A stretch of DNA of 64,000 bases, taken from NCBI GenBank assembly GCA_963846575.1, contig CAWJWJ010000002.1, forward strand, positions 2,496,001-2,560,000. The letters are read 5' to 3'. This DNA is from an uncultured Nitrospiraceae bacterium. Lineage in GTDB: Bacteria; Nitrospirota; Nitrospiria; Nitrospirales; Nitrospiraceae. This document shows positions 29,522-38,377 of the stretch, one piece after another; position 1 is the first letter of the stretch; each line of letters opens with the position of its first letter. The position numbers and the translations under genes were made by a program. Below the pieces are notes generated by a model. That model saw nothing but the letters and a program-made list of their open reading frames with translations. It had not been told where the DNA came from and did not search any database.

Positions 29522-30250
29522 TCACTGTTCACGAGCGAGCTTGAGAAACACCTCTTCCAGATCGGCCTGCCCGAACCGAGCCACAATGGCCGGGGCCGTA
29601 CCCTCGGCCACAATCTTGCCTCGTTGCAGGAAGATAATCCGATCAGACATTGTTTCCATCTCCCGCATATTGTGCGACGTGTACAGGATGCTGAGCCCGC
29701 TGGTGCGCCGCTCCTCCAGGAGGATCGCCCTGATTTTGTGCGCGATGTCCGGATCAAGGCTTGCGGTGGGTTCGTCAAGAAACAGAATCTTAGGCTCCGT
29801 CAGCAACGCCTTCGCCAGCGTCAGCCTTGTCATCTGTCCCGACGAGAGCTTACGCGTTATCTTATGACGCCACTCCTGCATCTCCAGTTTCTTGACCATG
29901 TCATCGATCCGGGCCGGAACATTGGATAACCCATACATCCGGCCGATGACCGTGAGATTCTCTTCCACCGTCAGGGCATAGGGCATCGAAATATACGTGG
30001 AGGAAAAGTTCACCTGCTGCAGAATGTCACCCCGCCGGGTTCGTAAATCCAGACCGAACATATGGATCGAACCGGACGTCGGCGTAATCAGGCCGAGCAT
30101 CATTTGAAACGTCGTCGTTTTTCCGGCGCCGTTCGGGCCTAGCAGACCAAGAATTTCGCCACGTCGGATCTCGAAAGAGATGCCGTCTACGGCCGTAAAC
30201 TCGCCGAAGCGTTTGGTCAGATTGCGGACTTCGACCACCGCAGATGACAT
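29522..30250 (-). CDS. ABC transporter ATP-binding protein
   Basis: GPNGAGKTT, LSSGQ, FLDEPT, SHNM. Confidence 0.95.
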   Translation of the reverse strand: MSSAVVEVRNLTKRFGEFTAVDGISFEIRRGEILGLLGPNGAGKTTTFQMMLGLITPTSGSIHMFGLDLRTRRGDILQQVNFSSTYISMPYALTVEENLTVIGRMYGLSNVPARIDDMVKKLEMQEWRHKITRKLSSGQMTRLTLAKALLTEPKILFLDEPTASLDPDIAHKIRAILLEERRTSGLSILYTSHNMREMETMSDRIIFLQRGKIVAEGTAPAIVARFGQADLEEVFLKLAREQ

Positions 30251-30269
30251 GGGTCGCTCTTTCCGTGAA

Positions 30270-30974
30270 CTAGAAGGACAAGAAGTCTTTGAGCTTCTCA
30301 GGCAGATGGCATGTTTCGCACTTCCGATTCAGAACCCTTCCCTGATACTCCGTCTTATTGTCGTGACAGCGGAAGCAATCCGCCATCGCACGTTTGTGAA
30401 GCACGGAACCCTCCGGATGTTCCGGTTTCCACGGACGACTGTCAGCCGAGACGTGCCCGCGGGGAATCACGATCGGATACCCCTTGATCGGTTTCTCATG
30501 GACGACCGCCGCATGGCAAGTCGTGCATCCTTCGCCCTGGGCGCGAATACCGAATGCTTCAATGTGTTTGCGATGGCTCATGATCAGACCCACGTCGTTG
30601 ACCGGCGCGGGCAAGTCCCGGACGGCCACCTCCGACAGGCGCAGGATGTTGCGGTGACAGCCGAGGCAGACAGCGGAATCGACATGTGCTTGTAAATTAG
30701 ATGGCTCCGTCGGCGTGCCGAACAGCGTGATGGCCACATCTCTCGTTCCATGCCATGCCTTGTCCTGCAGCCACCCGACCACGCCGGGCCTGACATGACA
30801 GGCCACACACTCCACCTCTTTGTGAGACGATTGGAGCCAACTCTCGTATGACGGCTTGATAGTATGACAGCTGGCGCAGAACTTCGGATGGTTGGTGAGC
30901 GGCACCGCCACTCCCCCCAAAGCCACTGCGCCGGCCACGATGGCTCCGATCACAATGGCGGAAGGTCTACGCAT
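30270..30974 (-). CDS. Membrane-anchored hexaheme cytochrome c (NapC/NirT-like N-terminus)
   Basis: N-terminal TM; CASCH, CVACH, CLGCH, CTTCH, CFRCH, CETCH. Confidence 0.9.
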   Translation of the reverse strand: MRRPSAIVIGAIVAGAVALGGVAVPLTNHPKFCASCHTIKPSYESWLQSSHKEVECVACHVRPGVVGWLQDKAWHGTRDVAITLFGTPTEPSNLQAHVDSAVCLGCHRNILRLSEVAVRDLPAPVNDVGLIMSHRKHIEAFGIRAQGEGCTTCHAAVVHEKPIKGYPIVIPRGHVSADSRPWKPEHPEGSVLHKRAMADCFRCHDNKTEYQGRVLNRKCETCHLPEKLKDFLSF

Positions 30975-31476
30975 CGTCCCGTTGGGGTTTGGGGAAATGC
31001 CGGATGATCAACGCAGCCACGGCCGGCACATCGTCGGGATCGAGCAGCGGCACGGACGTTTCGACCGGTTTATTGGAGACAACGGCCAACAGACCATCCT
31101 GTGAAACGGGGACCTCACCAATCTGGTCTCGCACCACCACGATCTTAGGATAACCTTCGCTACGCCAGCCTTCGGCGAGAATCAGGTCATAGGAGGGATC
31201 CAAATAGTTCTCGCGCACATCCTCGACGTTCATATGATCCGACACATCGGCAAACATGGCGAGGCTGCTCTTGGAAATGATGACCACCGCGCTTGCACCC
31301 GCCTGCTTGTGACGCCAACTGTCTTTGCCTTCGGTATCCAGATCAAACCCATGCCCGGCATGTTTGACGGTCGCCACCTTATAGCCCGAACGCACCAATT
31401 CAGGAATCACCCGCTCAATCAACGTTGTCTTGCCGCTGTTCGATCGTCCGACAAAACACAGAATAGGGACGGCCAT
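30967..31476 (-). CDS. mobB: Molybdopterin-guanine dinucleotide biosynthesis protein B
   Basis: GRSNSGKTTL; VKHAGHGFDLDTEGKDSWRH; LAEG. Confidence 0.95.
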   Translation of the reverse strand: MAVPILCFVGRSNSGKTTLIERVIPELVRSGYKVATVKHAGHGFDLDTEGKDSWRHKQAGASAVVIISKSSLAMFADVSDHMNVEDVRENYLDPSYDLILAEGWRSEGYPKIVVVRDQIGEVPVSQDGLLAVVSNKPVETSVPLLDPDDVPAVAALIIRHFPKPQRDDA

Positions 31477-31495
31477 TAAGGATTCCTTTCGCGGT

Positions 31496-32800
31496 TCAGC
31501 AGCAGGACTGATGGTGGCCGGTCGACGTCAGCGGCTCTGCAGCATGGTCCATCCAGGTCGAACCACTGAGCAATTGCACGGTCACGACATCGCCGGGATT
31601 CAGACGCTCCACTTCGACCGGGATATCGATCAGACAGTTGGCCTTGACCATGGAGGTGAGGATCCCGGAACCTTGGTTGCCGGTGGTCCGAACCTTGAAC
31701 GCCCCGTCCTCCCGCCATACCACTCCGCGGAGAAAGTGTCGGCGGTCGGTTCGTTTCGAAAATTTCTCCTGAAACGCGGCCTCGAGCAAAGGTCGTCCGG
31801 AACTCCGCAAACCAGCCATTTTTAGCATGGCCGGACGGACCAGCTGTTCAAAGGTCACCATGGACGAGACGGGATTCCCGGGAAGACCGAAGGCCAGTTT
31901 CCCCTGTATTTTTCCGAACGCCAGCGGTTGCCCGGGCCGGATGGCCAGCTTCCAGAAATTCATCTCGGCACCCAAGTCCCGGAACACCGCTTTGGTGAAA
32001 TCATAGTCGCCCATCGAGACCCCGCCCGACAGCACAAGAATGTCGGCATTCAAACCCTGCGAGATTTTCTCAGTAAGCGCGGCGGGGGTGTCGCGCGCAA
32101 TGCCCAGGAGAATGGGTATCCCCCCGGCTTCCTGCACAGCCGCGGCGATACCATAACTATTCGAGTTGATGATCTTTTCGTCGCTGAACGGCTCATCCAA
32201 ATCGGCTAGCTCGTCTCCTGTCGACAGGATCGCGACCCGCGGGCGCTGATACACCAGCACGAAGGATTTTGCCAAAATGGCCAGCATCCCCGCCTCGCCG
32301 GAACGAATCTGGGTGCCCTTAGAAATGATGCAGTCGCCTTTTGTGACGTCCTCACCTTGCGGACGGATATTCGACCCGCGAGGTTCCGCTTTAAAAACAC
32401 GCACCGAATCAGGGGCATGTTCAGTATCTTCAACCTTGATCACCGTATCAGCCCCATGAGGAATCGGTGCGCCGGTCATGATACGTATCGCCTGCCCAGG
32501 CCCGACCGACTTGGTCGGCATCTTCCCGGCCGGCACATCTTCGATGACCGCCAAGGTAACCGGCTTCGAGATCGCATGTTCCTGCGCGAGGTCCTCCGCC
32601 CGCACCGCAAAGCCATCCATGGCTGAATTGTCCCACGGCGGATTCGATCGTGCAGCAACGATATCTTCGCCCAGCACGCGGCCCAGGGTATCCAGAATTG
32701 AGACTTTCTCAAGCCCCAGCGTGGTCGCAGCTGCCAGCACGATACGCTGCGCCTCGTGGAGCGGGGTCAGTCCGGTCATCACATCAGGGGCTTTCACCAA
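31496..32800 (-). CDS. moeA: Molybdopterin molybdotransferase
   Basis: PPWDNSAMDGFA, IMTGAP, STGDEL, SGGVSMGDYD, GLPGNPVS; start TTG 32800 or GTG 32797 after GGAG. Confidence 0.95.
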   Translation of the reverse strand: MVKAPDVMTGLTPLHEAQRIVLAAATTLGLEKVSILDTLGRVLGEDIVAARSNPPWDNSAMDGFAVRAEDLAQEHAISKPVTLAVIEDVPAGKMPTKSVGPGQAIRIMTGAPIPHGADTVIKVEDTEHAPDSVRVFKAEPRGSNIRPQGEDVTKGDCIISKGTQIRSGEAGMLAILAKSFVLVYQRPRVAILSTGDELADLDEPFSDEKIINSNSYGIAAAVQEAGGIPILLGIARDTPAALTEKISQGLNADILVLSGGVSMGDYDFTKAVFRDLGAEMNFWKLAIRPGQPLAFGKIQGKLAFGLPGNPVSSMVTFEQLVRPAMLKMAGLRSSGRPLLEAAFQEKFSKRTDRRHFLRGVVWREDGAFKVRTTGNQGSGILTSMVKANCLIDIPVEVERLNPGDVVTVQLLSGSTWMDHAAEPLTSTGHHQSCC

Positions 32801-32810
32801 TTCACTCCGA

Positions 32811-33767
32811 TCAATGTTGCTGACGAGGCGCCACCTTGACCAGCGATCCGCTCTTCTTGCAGAAGGCTTCAACCTGGTTGGCAATGTCATGATAGGACTG
32901 GGCAGTTGCCGAATCGGAATTGAACAGGGCAAAAGGCTCCCCCGCATCACTCTGCGTCACCACATCAGGATCCAACGGAATTCGGCCCAGGAACGGAACA
33001 CCCATATCTCCTGCCGAGGCTTCGCCCCCGCCCTTGCGAAACACATCCACCTGCTTATGGCAATGGGGGCATTCGAGTCCGCTCATGTTTTCTACGATTC
33101 CGATGATCGGCACTTCGCTGTCTTTACAAAAGGTGACGGATTTACGGGAATCGAGCAAGGCTACCTCTTGAGGCGTGGTGATGATCACCGCCCCGCTCAC
33201 CCCTCCCAACAAGTCGATAGTCGTGACGGACTCGTTCCCCGTTCCGGGAGGAAGGTCGATCAGCAGGAAATTCAAATCCTGCCATTCCACGCCTCCCAGT
33301 AGCTGATTGATGAACTCGTATTTATAGGCGTCGCGCCAAATAATCGGATCATCGGAATTTTGAAGGAGGAACGACATCGAAGCGATCTTCATATTGTAGG
33401 CCTGGAACGGAATGATGCCGCCCGATGTGCTGATTTTCAGCTTCTGCCCTTCCGCGCCCACCATCTTCGGGATGTTGGGGCCATGGATGTCCATGTCGCA
33501 AATACCGACATGCCATCCTTTAAGGGCAAGGCTGACAGCCAGATTGGTCGTGCAGGTGCTTTTTCCCACGCCGCCTTTGTTGCTCATCACCAGGACTTTA
33601 TATTCGATCCGTTCCATGCGTTTCGCGACGAGCCACCGGCTGTGGCCTTCCTTGTCTTTCTGGCATGTTTCGTTTTCGTCGCAAATGGCGCAGGCCCACA
33701 TGTAGGTGCAAGCATCCCCGCCACTGCTGGAACCAGGCTGTGAGATTACGTTTAACTCGCGTGGCAT
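32811..33767 (-). CDS. mrp: Mrp/ApbC/NBP35 Fe-S cluster carrier ATPase
   Basis: NKGGVGKST, DLPPGTG, TTPQEVA, ENMSGLECPHC. Confidence 0.92.
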   Translation of the reverse strand: MPRELNVISQPGSSSGGDACTYMWACAICDENETCQKDKEGHSRWLVAKRMERIEYKVLVMSNKGGVGKSTCTTNLAVSLALKGWHVGICDMDIHGPNIPKMVGAEGQKLKISTSGGIIPFQAYNMKIASMSFLLQNSDDPIIWRDAYKYEFINQLLGGVEWQDLNFLLIDLPPGTGNESVTTIDLLGGVSGAVIITTPQEVALLDSRKSVTFCKDSEVPIIGIVENMSGLECPHCHKQVDVFRKGGGEASAGDMGVPFLGRIPLDPDVVTQSDAGEPFALFNSDSATAQSYHDIANQVEAFCKKSGSLVKVAPRQQH

Positions 33768-33842
33768 CCTAGACTCCTCGTAAAGCGTAAATCGTCATGG
33801 GTGAAAAGAAGACGGCCTCGTGTCGGTACTCCCTCTGTTGCC

Positions 33843-34793
33843 CTATCCACGACGGCCCCCCGTCGGTACACCGACATACTCACTATCTCCCCCGCCTGAT
33901 GGGGCGGGCGGAACGGTCTTGGCAGCCCCTGATGCCGCGGCCGCGGCCGTGACCGGCACGAGTGCTCCGTCAGGAGCCGCGGACTTTTTCTTATTGAAAA
34001 TCCCGGCGCTCACGATCCCGACTTCATAAAAGATGTACATGGGCAAGGCCATCAGGCACTGGTTGAACGGGTCCGGCGTCGGCGTCAGAATAGCGGCAAA
34101 AATAAACGCTGCGAGGAAAGCCCACTTTCGATAACGCTTCAGCAGCGGGGCGTCAACCCATCCCAGTTTGGCGAGAAGCGTAATCACTAAGGGCACTTCG
34201 AATATGAGGCCGAACACCAATAAAAACCACAGCGCGAATCCGACATACTGTGCAATCGATAATTGCGGAATAAAGCCGGCGTTCACGCCATAGGAAATCA
34301 AAAAATTCAGCGCAAAGGGCAGCACGAAGAAGAATGAGAACAACAGTCCGAGATAAAAGGCCAGAGTACTGAGAATAACGAACGGACCGACGAATCTTCG
34401 TTCCTGCGCATGCAGGCCCGGCACGACAAAATGCCAGAATTCGACCAAGATATAGGGAGTTCCCAGGACCAGCGCGAAGAGGCCCGCCACTTTCACGTTT
34501 TGCCAAAGGGCTTCAGCGGGAGCTAGAAACACGAAAGGAACTGTCGGCAAGTCTGTGGGGATCCAGGAGAGGGATCCGGGCACGAACATATTCTGTAACG
34601 GTACCCGGATCCACTTCACCAGCGTATCGGCATAAAAGAACGTGCCGACAAAAATCACTGCCGTCACAATGACAGCCCGCGTCAGCCGGACCTGGAGCTC
34701 CACCAAATGCTCCATGACCGGCATTTTCTTATCTTCGAGCGGCTTGAAGATCGTGTCCTGCAGCCACTCCTGAAGCTTGAACCCGTCAGCCAT
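33843..34793 (-). CDS. tatC: Twin-arginine translocase subunit TatC
   Basis: MPVMEHLVEL, FVVPGL, GLIFEVP, AAILTPTPDPFNQ, YEVG. Confidence 0.95.
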   Translation of the reverse strand: MADGFKLQEWLQDTIFKPLEDKKMPVMEHLVELQVRLTRAVIVTAVIFVGTFFYADTLVKWIRVPLQNMFVPGSLSWIPTDLPTVPFVFLAPAEALWQNVKVAGLFALVLGTPYILVEFWHFVVPGLHAQERRFVGPFVILSTLAFYLGLLFSFFFVLPFALNFLISYGVNAGFIPQLSIAQYVGFALWFLLVFGLIFEVPLVITLLAKLGWVDAPLLKRYRKWAFLAAFIFAAILTPTPDPFNQCLMALPMYIFYEVGIVSAGIFNKKKSAAPDGALVPVTAAAAASGAAKTVPPAPSGGGDSEYVGVPTGGRRG

Positions 34794-34892
34794 GAGTATC
34801 CACGAAACTGGTGAGTCGTTGATCCGGTGCTTTGGTCATAGTTCCATCCAACAACCGGTCATACACTCAACAAATCACGTCCCCACCAATTT

Positions 34893-36422
34893 CTACTTCG
34901 GGTTGACGGCGACAAACAGATTGTTCCCTTGCCGGCTGAGCAAGAGCACCACCATTTCGTCCTTCTTTACCTTGGCCGAGGCCTTTTGATAATCCTCGAG
35001 GCTCTTGACCACCTCATGGTTGACCTCTTGGATGACGTCGCCCCGTTGCAGCCCAGCCGACTCGGCCGCGCTGCCCGCTTCCACGGAACTCACCACCACC
35101 CCGCTGGTCTTTGAAGGAATATTCAGCTGGCTCTGCATCGCCGCATCCAGCATCTGCACCCGAAGTGATGCAAGGACATTATCAGGTGGTTTCACTGTCT
35201 CGGCCGGGGGGCTCGCCGGACCCGGCTCGCGTTTGGCAAGCACCTCGTCCGACGGTCGTTCCGCGACCTTGACTTTCAAAACCTGCTCTTTTCCCTCGCG
35301 CAAGATCTTGATGTCCGCATCTTTTCCTACCGTTGTGCGCGCGACCAGGTTCCGCAATTGGCTGACACTCTGGACCTCTTTACCATTGAACGCGACTACG
35401 ACATCGCCGCGTCGCATCCCTGCCGCATGTGAGGGTCCGTTCTCATTCACGTCGCTGATCAACACACCCTTCCGTTGTTCCGGCAGTTTGAAAGACTTGG
35501 CAAGTGCAGGGGTGATCTCCTGAATCGCCACGCCCATCCAGCCCCGGACCACTTTGCCGGTCTTGGTCAGACTGTCGACGATGTCAGTTGCAATGCTGCT
35601 CGGGATCGCAAAGCCGATGCCTTCAGACCCGCCGGTTCGCGAGAAAATAGCCGTATTGATGCCGATCAACTTTCCCTGCATATTGACCAGTGCGCCGCCT
35701 GAATTCCCGGGATTGATGGCGGCATCGGTCTGAATGAAGTCTTCGTAGTCGGCGATTCCCACATTGCCTCGGCCTAAGGCGCTGATGATGCCAAGGGTGA
35801 CGGTTGAGCTGAGGCCGAAAGGGCTCCCAACTGCCAGGACGACGTCCCCGACCTGTAACTCGTCATAATCCGCCCACTTCATCGACGTGAGATCTTTTGC
35901 TTCGATCTTAATAATGGCCAAATCCGTCTTGGGATCCGTACCGACGATCTTGGCGGGAAATTCACGACGGTCGGACAGCGTCACGGTGATCTGAGTCGCG
36001 CCTTCGACCACATGATTGTTCGTTACAATGTACCCATTGGAATCCAACACGACTCCGGAGCCGGCGCTCTGATCCGGACGATGCGGACCGCCACCCGGAG
36101 GTCCAGGAGGCGCACCCGGAGGGCCCGGCGGTTCCATGCCGGGAGGTTCATCCCCGCCCGGGGGTGGTCCACCGAAGGGGCCTGGAGGAATCTGACGGCG
36201 TCCTTCGCGACGAGTCTCGCCTCCGCCCGTCACTGCGATGTTCACGACCGCAGGCGTCACGGCCTTGACGATCTCCGAGAAGCCCTGGGCGAATGCCGGG
36301 GGCACACCTGCCGCCTCAGCCTGGTAGTCGGTCTGTAATCCGCCGACGATGAGCAGGGCAGCAATCATTGTGATCGCTACGAGTACGGACAGCACCTTAC
36401 TGCGCGGATCTCGATACACCAT
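34893..36422 (-). CDS. HtrA/DegP-DegQ periplasmic serine protease with two PDZ domains
   Basis: TNNHVV, TDLA, QTDAAINPGNSGG; two PDZ domains; start ATG 36422 after GGAGGAG. Confidence 0.95.
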   Translation of the reverse strand: MVYRDPRSKVLSVLVAITMIAALLIVGGLQTDYQAEAAGVPPAFAQGFSEIVKAVTPAVVNIAVTGGGETRREGRRQIPPGPFGGPPPGGDEPPGMEPPGPPGAPPGPPGGGPHRPDQSAGSGVVLDSNGYIVTNNHVVEGATQITVTLSDRREFPAKIVGTDPKTDLAIIKIEAKDLTSMKWADYDELQVGDVVLAVGSPFGLSSTVTLGIISALGRGNVGIADYEDFIQTDAAINPGNSGGALVNMQGKLIGINTAIFSRTGGSEGIGFAIPSSIATDIVDSLTKTGKVVRGWMGVAIQEITPALAKSFKLPEQRKGVLISDVNENGPSHAAGMRRGDVVVAFNGKEVQSVSQLRNLVARTTVGKDADIKILREGKEQVLKVKVAERPSDEVLAKREPGPASPPAETVKPPDNVLASLRVQMLDAAMQSQLNIPSKTSGVVVSSVEAGSAAESAGLQRGDVIQEVNHEVVKSLEDYQKASAKVKKDEMVVLLLSRQGNNLFVAVNPK

Positions 36423-36583
36423 GTGTACTCCTCCGGATGCCAAAAAAATGAGGGAACTCACTCCTCCTCGATCGATGAACGTGTCATTCTACACTATTCG
36501 TAAAGTCGCCTTCAAAGAGGAAAGTAGAACCGGATACAGTCCGGCTGTTGTAGCCATCTGGGCTTGGTGGTGTCTAAACAACC

Positions 36584-37360
36584 TCATCGATGCGCAGACG
36601 TTGCAGCCATGTCAAGATCGCGCTGGATGACCCAGGCCCGCTGCAGGTTGCCGGCCAATCGCCTGGCCGCTTGCTCCATCGACACCACGCGGAGAGTGAG
36701 TGGGGCTCCATCGAAGCTCGGTGGCCAAAGGCGACGCTCTGGGTCCTGCGGCCGCAAATAAATCACGGGGTACCATTGATTGATCCCGGGGGCCATTGGA
36801 CTGTCCAGCGTCGCCATACCCCGCCCCTCGGCCCGGAGAAGGGAATGACCCGTACTGACGTCGATCAACGCCGCCTCGGCGAGAGACCAGTTATCACGCC
36901 GGAATCCAGGCTGGTTGTGGGTCGTCCACCCTAAGAACAGCGACACTGGATATTGTTGCTCGGTACTCGACAGAACAACAACGACGAGATAGTCAACTCC
37001 CTGCTGCTGGGCGATCTTGGTCCAGTTGGGAACTGTCCCTGCCGGAACCTCGCCCAAATTCATCGCATGTTCAATGACAATAGGAAAACCCTGGTTGATT
37101 TGTTCACGCAGCCTCTGGGCAATTCCATCCTGCGCCGCCTCGGGAATTCCAGGAGCAGCGTCGTCAGCCGAGTTGTCTGCTAACACGATGAGCGCCGCTC
37201 GAACCGGACGGGTACTTGGAAGTTGTAGCTCCCTGTCATCAGCGGATGAAACAAGCGGGACATATTGCCCTAATCGACTGGGAGGACTGGCCGACGCGCA
37301 TCCCATCAGGAGCGCACCCACCAGAAACGCCACACCTGCTCGCCCCTTCCCCATCGCCAA
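36584..37360 (-). CDS. Putative lipoprotein
   Basis: Lipobox LLMG-C; alpha/beta segment VDYLVVV...AALIDVSTG..LLRAEG. Confidence 0.7.
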   Translation of the reverse strand: MAMGKGRAGVAFLVGALLMGCASASPPSRLGQYVPLVSSADDRELQLPSTRPVRAALIVLADNSADDAAPGIPEAAQDGIAQRLREQINQGFPIVIEHAMNLGEVPAGTVPNWTKIAQQQGVDYLVVVVLSSTEQQYPVSLFLGWTTHNQPGFRRDNWSLAEAALIDVSTGHSLLRAEGRGMATLDSPMAPGINQWYPVIYLRPQDPERRLWPPSFDGAPLTLRVVSMEQAARRLAGNLQRAWVIQRDLDMAATSAHR

Positions 37361-37453
37361 TTCTCTCTAGATCCTTACCGAGGCTTAAAGGGTTTTCCCA
37401 TCAATACGATCACCTCCACCTGACGTTTCTGTCAAGGCCCCGAGAGCTTCCGC

Positions 37454-37482
37454 TTGCAATTCCACAGCCGGTCAGATACCGT
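37454..37482 (+). promoter_or_regulatory. Putative promoter of the GT2 gene
   Basis: TTGCAA-N17-TACCGT. Confidence 0.45.
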
Positions 37483-37547
37483 TATCCACCATTCGTTCGA
37501 ACTGAACGAATCGGTCGCAGCACCTTCCGACACGAGGCTGTCCAGAC

Positions 37548-38360
37548 GTGACACCGTGCTCGACTCAAGCACCCTTCCTCTCAATTATCGTTCCAGCCTA
37601 TAACGAGGCTTGCCGACTTCCTCCTTTTCTACAAAGCACCCTGGCTTATCTGAACCGTCGTCGTCTCTCGCATGAAATTCTCGTGGTGGACGATGGCAGT
37701 AAAGACCAGACGGCACGAGCCGTTGAACAGCTCGCGCAACAGTTTCCCGCTGTACGGCTCCTGCAATTGCGCTGTAATACCGGCAAAGGGGCAGCGGTCC
37801 GGCGCGGCATGCAGGCGGCATGCGGAACACTCCAACTGTTTACGGATGCCGATGGAGCAACACCCATTGAAGAACTCGCGCGCCTGGAAGCTGCCCTTGC
37901 CGATGGGGCGGATCTCGCCATCGGATCTCGGGCGCTCGCGACTCGCGATGCGCGTTACACCGTGCATGCGCGGTGGTATCGCAGTGTATTGGGCACCATC
38001 TTCAACGGCATTGTGCAACGCCTGGGCCTTCGTCACATCGCGGACACCCAATGCGGGTTCAAGTTATTCCGCCGATCGGTGGCCCGAGATCTCTTTTCGG
38101 TGACCTGCGTCGACGGCTACGCCTTCGATCTCGAATTACTCTACATCGCCCGGCAACGTGGCTATCGCATCGCAGAGGTCCCCGTCAATTGGACGGATCA
38201 GCCCGGGTCCAAGGTTCGTCCCTGGCGGGATGGATTCGTCATGCTCCGGGAGTTGTGTGCCATCCGCAAGCGAGAGGCCCAGGGCCACTACCTGTCCCGC
38301 GCCAGATTGGCCCCCAACAATGTCGAACCGGCATTGACCTCCGAACCTACCCATTTCTAA
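37548..38360 (+). CDS. GT2 polyprenol(dolichyl)-phosphate glycosyltransferase (Alg5-like)
   Basis: SIIVPAYNE, VDDGS, GKGAAV, FTDADG, DTQCGFKLF, FDLELL, EVPVNW. Confidence 0.9.
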   Translation: MTPCSTQAPFLSIIVPAYNEACRLPPFLQSTLAYLNRRRLSHEILVVDDGSKDQTARAVEQLAQQFPAVRLLQLRCNTGKGAAVRRGMQAACGTLQLFTDADGATPIEELARLEAALADGADLAIGSRALATRDARYTVHARWYRSVLGTIFNGIVQRLGLRHIADTQCGFKLFRRSVARDLFSVTCVDGYAFDLELLYIARQRGYRIAEVPVNWTDQPGSKVRPWRDGFVMLRELCAIRKREAQGHYLSRARLAPNNVEPALTSEPTHF

Positions 38361-38377
38361 CGATCACAGCCGTTCCC

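Noticed and set aside
29476..29778. N-terminal extension of the 237-aa ORF
   Set aside because: It overlaps the ABC ATPase in another frame; the hydrophobic protein begins at 29475
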